A DNA stretch of 64,000 nt, taken from the NCBI GenBank assembly GCA_041641295.1, contig JBEPYO010000001.1, positions 192,001 through 256,000 on the forward strand, written 5' to 3'. Position numbers and translations under genes: made by a program. Below, piece after piece: positions 59,840 to 64,000 of the stretch (position 1 is the first letter of the stretch; each line of letters opens with the position of its first letter). The DNA comes from Nitrososphaerota archaeon (GTDB taxonomy: Archaea; Thermoproteota; Nitrososphaeria_A; Caldarchaeales; Calditenuaceae). Under the pieces are notes generated by a model. That model did not search any database. It worked only from the letters and a program-made list of their open reading frames with translations, and was not told the DNA's origin.

Positions 59840-60955
59840 ATGAGGATTATCGAGTATGAGGGTTTCAGGCTTCTCTCAGAGGCCGGCATACCCATCCCAC
59901 GGTTCAGCGTAGTGGACGAGCCGGAAGGCGCTGTCGAAGCTGCAAAACAGATTGGGCTCCCCGCCGTCTTGAAGGCCCAGGTTCTAGTTGGGGGGAGAGG
60001 TAGGGCCGGTGGGGTGAAGGTTGTTGAGACTCTCGAAGATGCGAGAAGCGTTGCAAGCAGGCTCCTAGGCTCTGAGATTAGGGGTGAGAGGGTTCGGAAG
60101 CTGATCGTCGCTGAAGCTGTTAAACACTCTGAGGAGCTCTACCTATCCATAATTGTAGACAGGGCCTCAAACAGGCACCTGATACTCGCCTCCCGGATGG
60201 GAGGTGTCGATGTGGAGGAGCTCTCAAAGAGCCATCCAGAAGCCCTCATCAGGGTGCCCGTAGACCCACTAACCGGGCTGCGCGAATGGCATACGAGGAA
60301 ACTGGCAGCAAAGCTCAACCTATCTACAAACACCGCAACACAGCTCCAAGACATTGTAAAGAAACTATACAATCTCTACACACAGTATCATTGCGACCTA
60401 GCAGAAATAAATCCTCTAGCATTGACGGAGGATGGGAGGCTGATCGCCTTGGACGCTAAGATTATTGTCGACGATAATGCCGCTAGGATAAAAGGGTTTA
60501 GATTCGCGGCTGAGGCTGGCGCTGAGAGCGAGGCAGAGAAGCTGGGACTCAACTATGTTGAGCTGGACGGGGATATTGGCGTTGTCTGCAACGGCGCAGG
60601 ACTCACCATGGCTACCATGGACCTAATACATACATTGGGCGGTAGGCCCGGATGCTTCCTAGACCTTGGCGGAGGCGCATCCTCAGAGAGGGTGTACACG
60701 GCCCTCAAATTCCTCCTAAACAGGCCCCACATCAAGCTGGTTTTCCTAAACGTTCTGGGCGGCATTACAAGATGCGACGAGGTAGCGGAGGGGATAGTGA
60801 AGGCATTTGACGAGTTCGGAGGCTCCAAGAAAATTGTTGTGAGGCTGGTGGGGACTAGAGAGGAGGAGGGGAAGAGAATCCTAGAGTCTAGAAATATCGG
60901 GTATTTCACTAGAATGCTTGAGGCCGCTGAGGCGGCGGTTAAAGAGGCGGCCTAA
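59840..60955 (+). CDS. sucC: Succinyl-CoA synthetase beta subunit (ATP-grasp)
   Basis: KAQVLVGGRGRAGG, EINPL, NGAGLTMATMD, FLDLGGG, GGITRCD. Confidence 0.93.
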   Translation: MRIIEYEGFRLLSEAGIPIPRFSVVDEPEGAVEAAKQIGLPAVLKAQVLVGGRGRAGGVKVVETLEDARSVASRLLGSEIRGERVRKLIVAEAVKHSEELYLSIIVDRASNRHLILASRMGGVDVEELSKSHPEALIRVPVDPLTGLREWHTRKLAAKLNLSTNTATQLQDIVKKLYNLYTQYHCDLAEINPLALTEDGRLIALDAKIIVDDNAARIKGFRFAAEAGAESEAEKLGLNYVELDGDIGVVCNGAGLTMATMDLIHTLGGRPGCFLDLGGGASSERVYTALKFLLNRPHIKLVFLNVLGGITRCDEVAEGIVKAFDEFGGSKKIVVRLVGTREEEGKRILESRNIGYFTRMLEAAEAAVKEAA

Positions 60956-60961
60956 ACGCAC

Positions 60962-61252
60962 CTAGGGAGAAGCAGGGATCTCTCGGCCCGCCTCGCTCTC
61001 AGCATTCAACTGCTCAGCCCTAGCCCTCAGACCACCCCTAAAGTCCCTTAGACCCAATATGACAACAGGGCATGCCAAGATGCTTAGAACAAGGTTAACC
61101 GAGAATAAGCCCGCCAACTCAGCCATCAGACCCTGGACAAGGGGTGAAGACGTCAATCCAAAGGCGACTAGGGCCAGCGCAGCGAGTGTAGGCGCCACTC
61201 CCAGCCCCAGACCGACCCCAACCTCTAAAAGCCCTCGAGCTACTCTATCCAT
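60962..61252 (-). CDS. Small two-TM membrane protein, hypothetical
   Basis: Two hydrophobic segments; fills the intergenic gap. Confidence 0.55.
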   Translation of the reverse strand: MDRVARGLLEVGVGLGLGVAPTLAALALVAFGLTSSPLVQGLMAELAGLFSVNLVLSILACPVVILGLRDFRGGLRARAEQLNAESEAGREIPASP

Positions 61253-61365
61253 CCCGAAGACCCATCGAGCCGCATCCGAAAATAAAGGGTTTCGCCCGAC
61301 CAGATAGCCAAGGATTTCACGGTATTACGAAGCCAATATTTAGTAGAAGGTGAAATAATATATAA

Positions 61366-61917
61366 TTGCCAGTGCCCCACTATAGCATGGCAAAAATAAC
61401 CAACAATATAGCTGCTATAGTGGTTTTATCGATCTCCGCCATAGCCGTCGCGACGCTCTTAGTCTTCACAGTAATCGTGCCGGCTTCCCCCGGTGCGAGG
61501 CTCTTCACAGCCACACTTTCAGGCTTTAACGAGGTTCCATCTATTGTCTCGGGGGGCATCGGCTGGGCAACTGTGAGGATATCTGAGGATGGGAAAAGCA
61601 TATCCTATGAGCTTGTCTACTACGGCCTCGCCGACGTATCTATGGCACACATACACATAGGTAAGGACGGGCATGTTGGAGGTGTAGCCGTATGGCTCTG
61701 TGGAGGCCCCAAACCTGCATGTCCAAGCTCACACGGCAGAGTCACTGGGACACTATCGGCCTCTGATGTTCAAGCTATAGCTGGGCAGGGGCTTAGCGCA
61801 GGAGACCTCGACTCGGTGATAGAGGCTATAAGGGCTGGGGCCGCCTACGTGAATGTACATACAGCAAGGTTCCCGACAGGAGAGATTAGAGGACAGCTCA
61901 CTCCGATAGCAGGATAG
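61366..61917 (+). CDS. CHRD-domain secreted/anchored protein
   Basis: LSGFNEVP, AHIH, AYVNVHT..FPTGEIRGQL; N-terminal TM (likely ATG 61387). Confidence 0.92.
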   Translation: MPVPHYSMAKITNNIAAIVVLSISAIAVATLLVFTVIVPASPGARLFTATLSGFNEVPSIVSGGIGWATVRISEDGKSISYELVYYGLADVSMAHIHIGKDGHVGGVAVWLCGGPKPACPSSHGRVTGTLSASDVQAIAGQGLSAGDLDSVIEAIRAGAAYVNVHTARFPTGEIRGQLTPIAG

Positions 61918-61976
61918 AGGACCGACTATCCAGAGAAAAAACCTGAAATTATTTATCTCCCGATATTTTCCTTACT

Positions 61977-62435
61977 CTATACCCCGAGTAGTAGCTCATC
62001 ATCAGGAATTCCAGCAGCGTGGAATATCTCCTTCTCAGCCACTCCAGGTTTAAGGGCCCTATATTTCTCGTAGAATGCACTCCTCACCTCCTCAACACTC
62101 TTGAAGAGTTCTGCCATGTTTCTGTAACGCCCCCTCAGGACCCTGTACTTGAGTTTACCATCCACATCCTCCGCTATCACACATCTAACCACACCACCCA
62201 CCTTCTCGTAGCCCGTCTTCCTGCCACGCCCAGCTCCTCGGGCCTGAGCCTCCACAAGCACATAGACCCTCCGCCTCTTCCCACCCTCCGACTGTACTAT
62301 CTCTAGGCTAAACCCACAGGACCCGAACTTCTGATAGATCCTCCTCTCCATAGGATAGTGCCTGAGGGTGGCTAGGCCTGTCGTGCTGGGGCTGCTTATC
62401 AGCTTCACAACCTCCTCAACAATCCTCCTAGTCAT
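61977..62435 (-). CDS. Hypothetical basic protein
   Basis: 152-aa ORF from ATG 62435 with coding-like purine bias; no recognised motif. Confidence 0.65.
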   Translation of the reverse strand: MTRRIVEEVVKLISSPSTTGLATLRHYPMERRIYQKFGSCGFSLEIVQSEGGKRRRVYVLVEAQARGAGRGRKTGYEKVGGVVRCVIAEDVDGKLKYRVLRGRYRNMAELFKSVEEVRSAFYEKYRALKPGVAEKEIFHAAGIPDDELLLGV

Positions 62436-62521
62436 AAATCGGCACCAACTCCAGCAAATATCTGAAAACTCCATAAATATTAAGTTGCTCAGCAAAGACA
62501 CAATAGAATGTAGCTAAGCCC

Positions 62522-62595
62522 CGGGCCCGGAGGGATTTGAACCCTCGACCTACCGGTTAAGAGCCGGCCGCTCTACCTGCCTGAGCTACGGGCCC
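62522..62595 (-). tRNA. tRNA-Lys(CTT)
   Basis: GGGCCCGTAGCTCAG...GCCGG-CTCTTAA-CCGGT...GGTTCAAATCC...CGGGCCCG. Confidence 0.96.
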
Positions 62596-62688
62596 AACCA
62601 GATGGGCCCTCACGATTAATTTAAACGTAACAACCCTTGCTAAGCGATTCAATCCCGCATAGCCGGACAGGACTCCTCGCCCTGGTAT

Positions 62689-62988
62689 TTGTTAATATAT
62701 GCCGCGGCCAGGCCTATGTGTATGTCTGTATGGGGGCGTGTTTTAGCAGTGTTGACGGCCTGGTCTTTAGGCTCTACCCTCGGTTTGACGTGGGGGTTTA
62801 GGCGAGACTGGCCCGACTTCGTCCACGATGTCCACGGCCTCCCCCTGAGCTGGGCTACACACACCTTGTCCACATTCGCTGGACCGGCTGACTTCTGGAA
62901 CGTAGACCTATTCCTTCTCGCAATCGACCTCGTTATATGGCAAGTCGCCCTAGCCGTCGCCCTCTTGGTAGTCCTCAAGTTTAAGTAG
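62689..62988 (+). CDS. Small two-TM membrane protein
   Basis: TM - DWPDFVHDVHGLPLSW loop - TM. Confidence 0.65.
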   Translation: MLIYAAARPMCMSVWGRVLAVLTAWSLGSTLGLTWGFRRDWPDFVHDVHGLPLSWATHTLSTFAGPADFWNVDLFLLAIDLVIWQVALAVALLVVLKFK

Positions 62989-63079
62989 GCGGCGGGACGA
63001 GTTCATGCCACTTTACTAGGCTGTGGATTAGATTTAATAGAGGGAGGGCAGGTGTGCATCATAGGGTAGGTGAGTAGAG

Positions 63080-64000
63080 CTCGGCAGGTGGGTTGTCGGG
63101 GGCGCGTGGCCATATATCCACGGGATCCCACACATAGGTAATCTCATAGGGTCTGAGCTATCAGCCGACGTCTATGCTAGGTATCTGAGGCTAAGGGGTG
63201 AAGACATTGTCTTTGTCAGTGGCTCAGACGAGCATGGTACGCCGATTGAGGTTGAGGCCGCTAGGCAGGGTGTAGACCCTAAGACCCTGACCGACAAGTT
63301 CCACGCAAAGGTCGTGGAGATTTTTAGGAGATTCAGCCTATCGTTCGACAACTACACAAGGACGCATAACCCGATACACATATCCTTCTGCCAAGACTTC
63401 TTCAAGCGGATATATGAGAACGGATACATCTTCGAGAGGGAAATCGACCAGCTCTACTGCGAGAACTGTAGAAGATTTCTGCCGGACAGGTTCGTACTAG
63501 GGACCTGCCCCCACTGCGGATACAACTATGCCAGGGGAGACCAGTGCGAGGCCTGCGGAAGAGTCCTAGACCCGCTAGACCTAAAAAACCCTGTATGCGC
63601 AATCTGCGGCTCAACACCAGTAGTCAAAACCACCAGACACTGGTTCCTCGACCTACCTCGACTAGCCGAGCCCATAAGAAACTGGCTCGCCCAAAACCAA
63701 CACATGCATGAGCGTGTCAAGGCCTTCAGCTTAAGCTGGATAGAGGAAGGACTGCGACCAAGGGCCGTAACTCGCGACAATAAGTGGGGAATCCCGGCAC
63801 CCTTCCCAGGCGCGGAGGGAAAAACAATCTACGTATGGTTCGAGGCCGTTCTAGGCTACATCTCCGCAACAGTAGAGCTTGGAATATCTCGGGGAGACCC
63901 GAGCCTATGGGAGAGATACTGGCTTGACAAGCAGACCCGCACCGTCTTTTTCATAGGAAAGGATAACATACCTTTCCACACAATAATCCTCCCCGCCCTA
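63080..64000 (+). CDS. metG: Methionine--tRNA ligase, 3'-truncated by window (not in ORF track)
   Basis: Manual translation [30 protein letters not shown], Zn knuckles [41 protein letters not shown]. Confidence 0.95.

Overview
Gene-dense archaeal chromosome segment. Gene content (eIF6, L31e/L39e/S24e, archaeal PpcA, split glutamate synthase, A/V-ATPase, intron-containing tRNA) points to a TACK lineage; Aigarchaeota/Caldarchaeales-like is my inference. It holds about 67 CDS and 4 tRNAs: Ser-TGA, Lys-TTT, Lys-CTT and a Gln-CTG carrying two BHB introns. Main blocks are ABC transporters, an RNA/ribosome quality-control-like run, a putative amino-sugar operon, a translation operon, and a roughly 19 kb block between two convergent tRNAs. 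That block carries hypFDCE and a full beta-oxidation/ETF cluster extended by an unusual ThDP enzyme + saccharopine-dehydrogenase-like + Zn-ADH + SCP2 module. Further on lie scattered ATP synthase subunits, orphan sdhA and sucC, a three-gene glutamate synthase with a degenerate FMN paralogue, SOD, a Met-rich cupredoxin and the 5' part of metG. sdhA, the gltB amidotransferase gene and metG have no ATG/GTG/TTG in front of their conserved N-termini and appear to start at CTG or CTC; eIF6 may also use CTG. I saw no CRISPR array, transposase or integrase. All assignments come from reading motifs by eye; no database searches were run.
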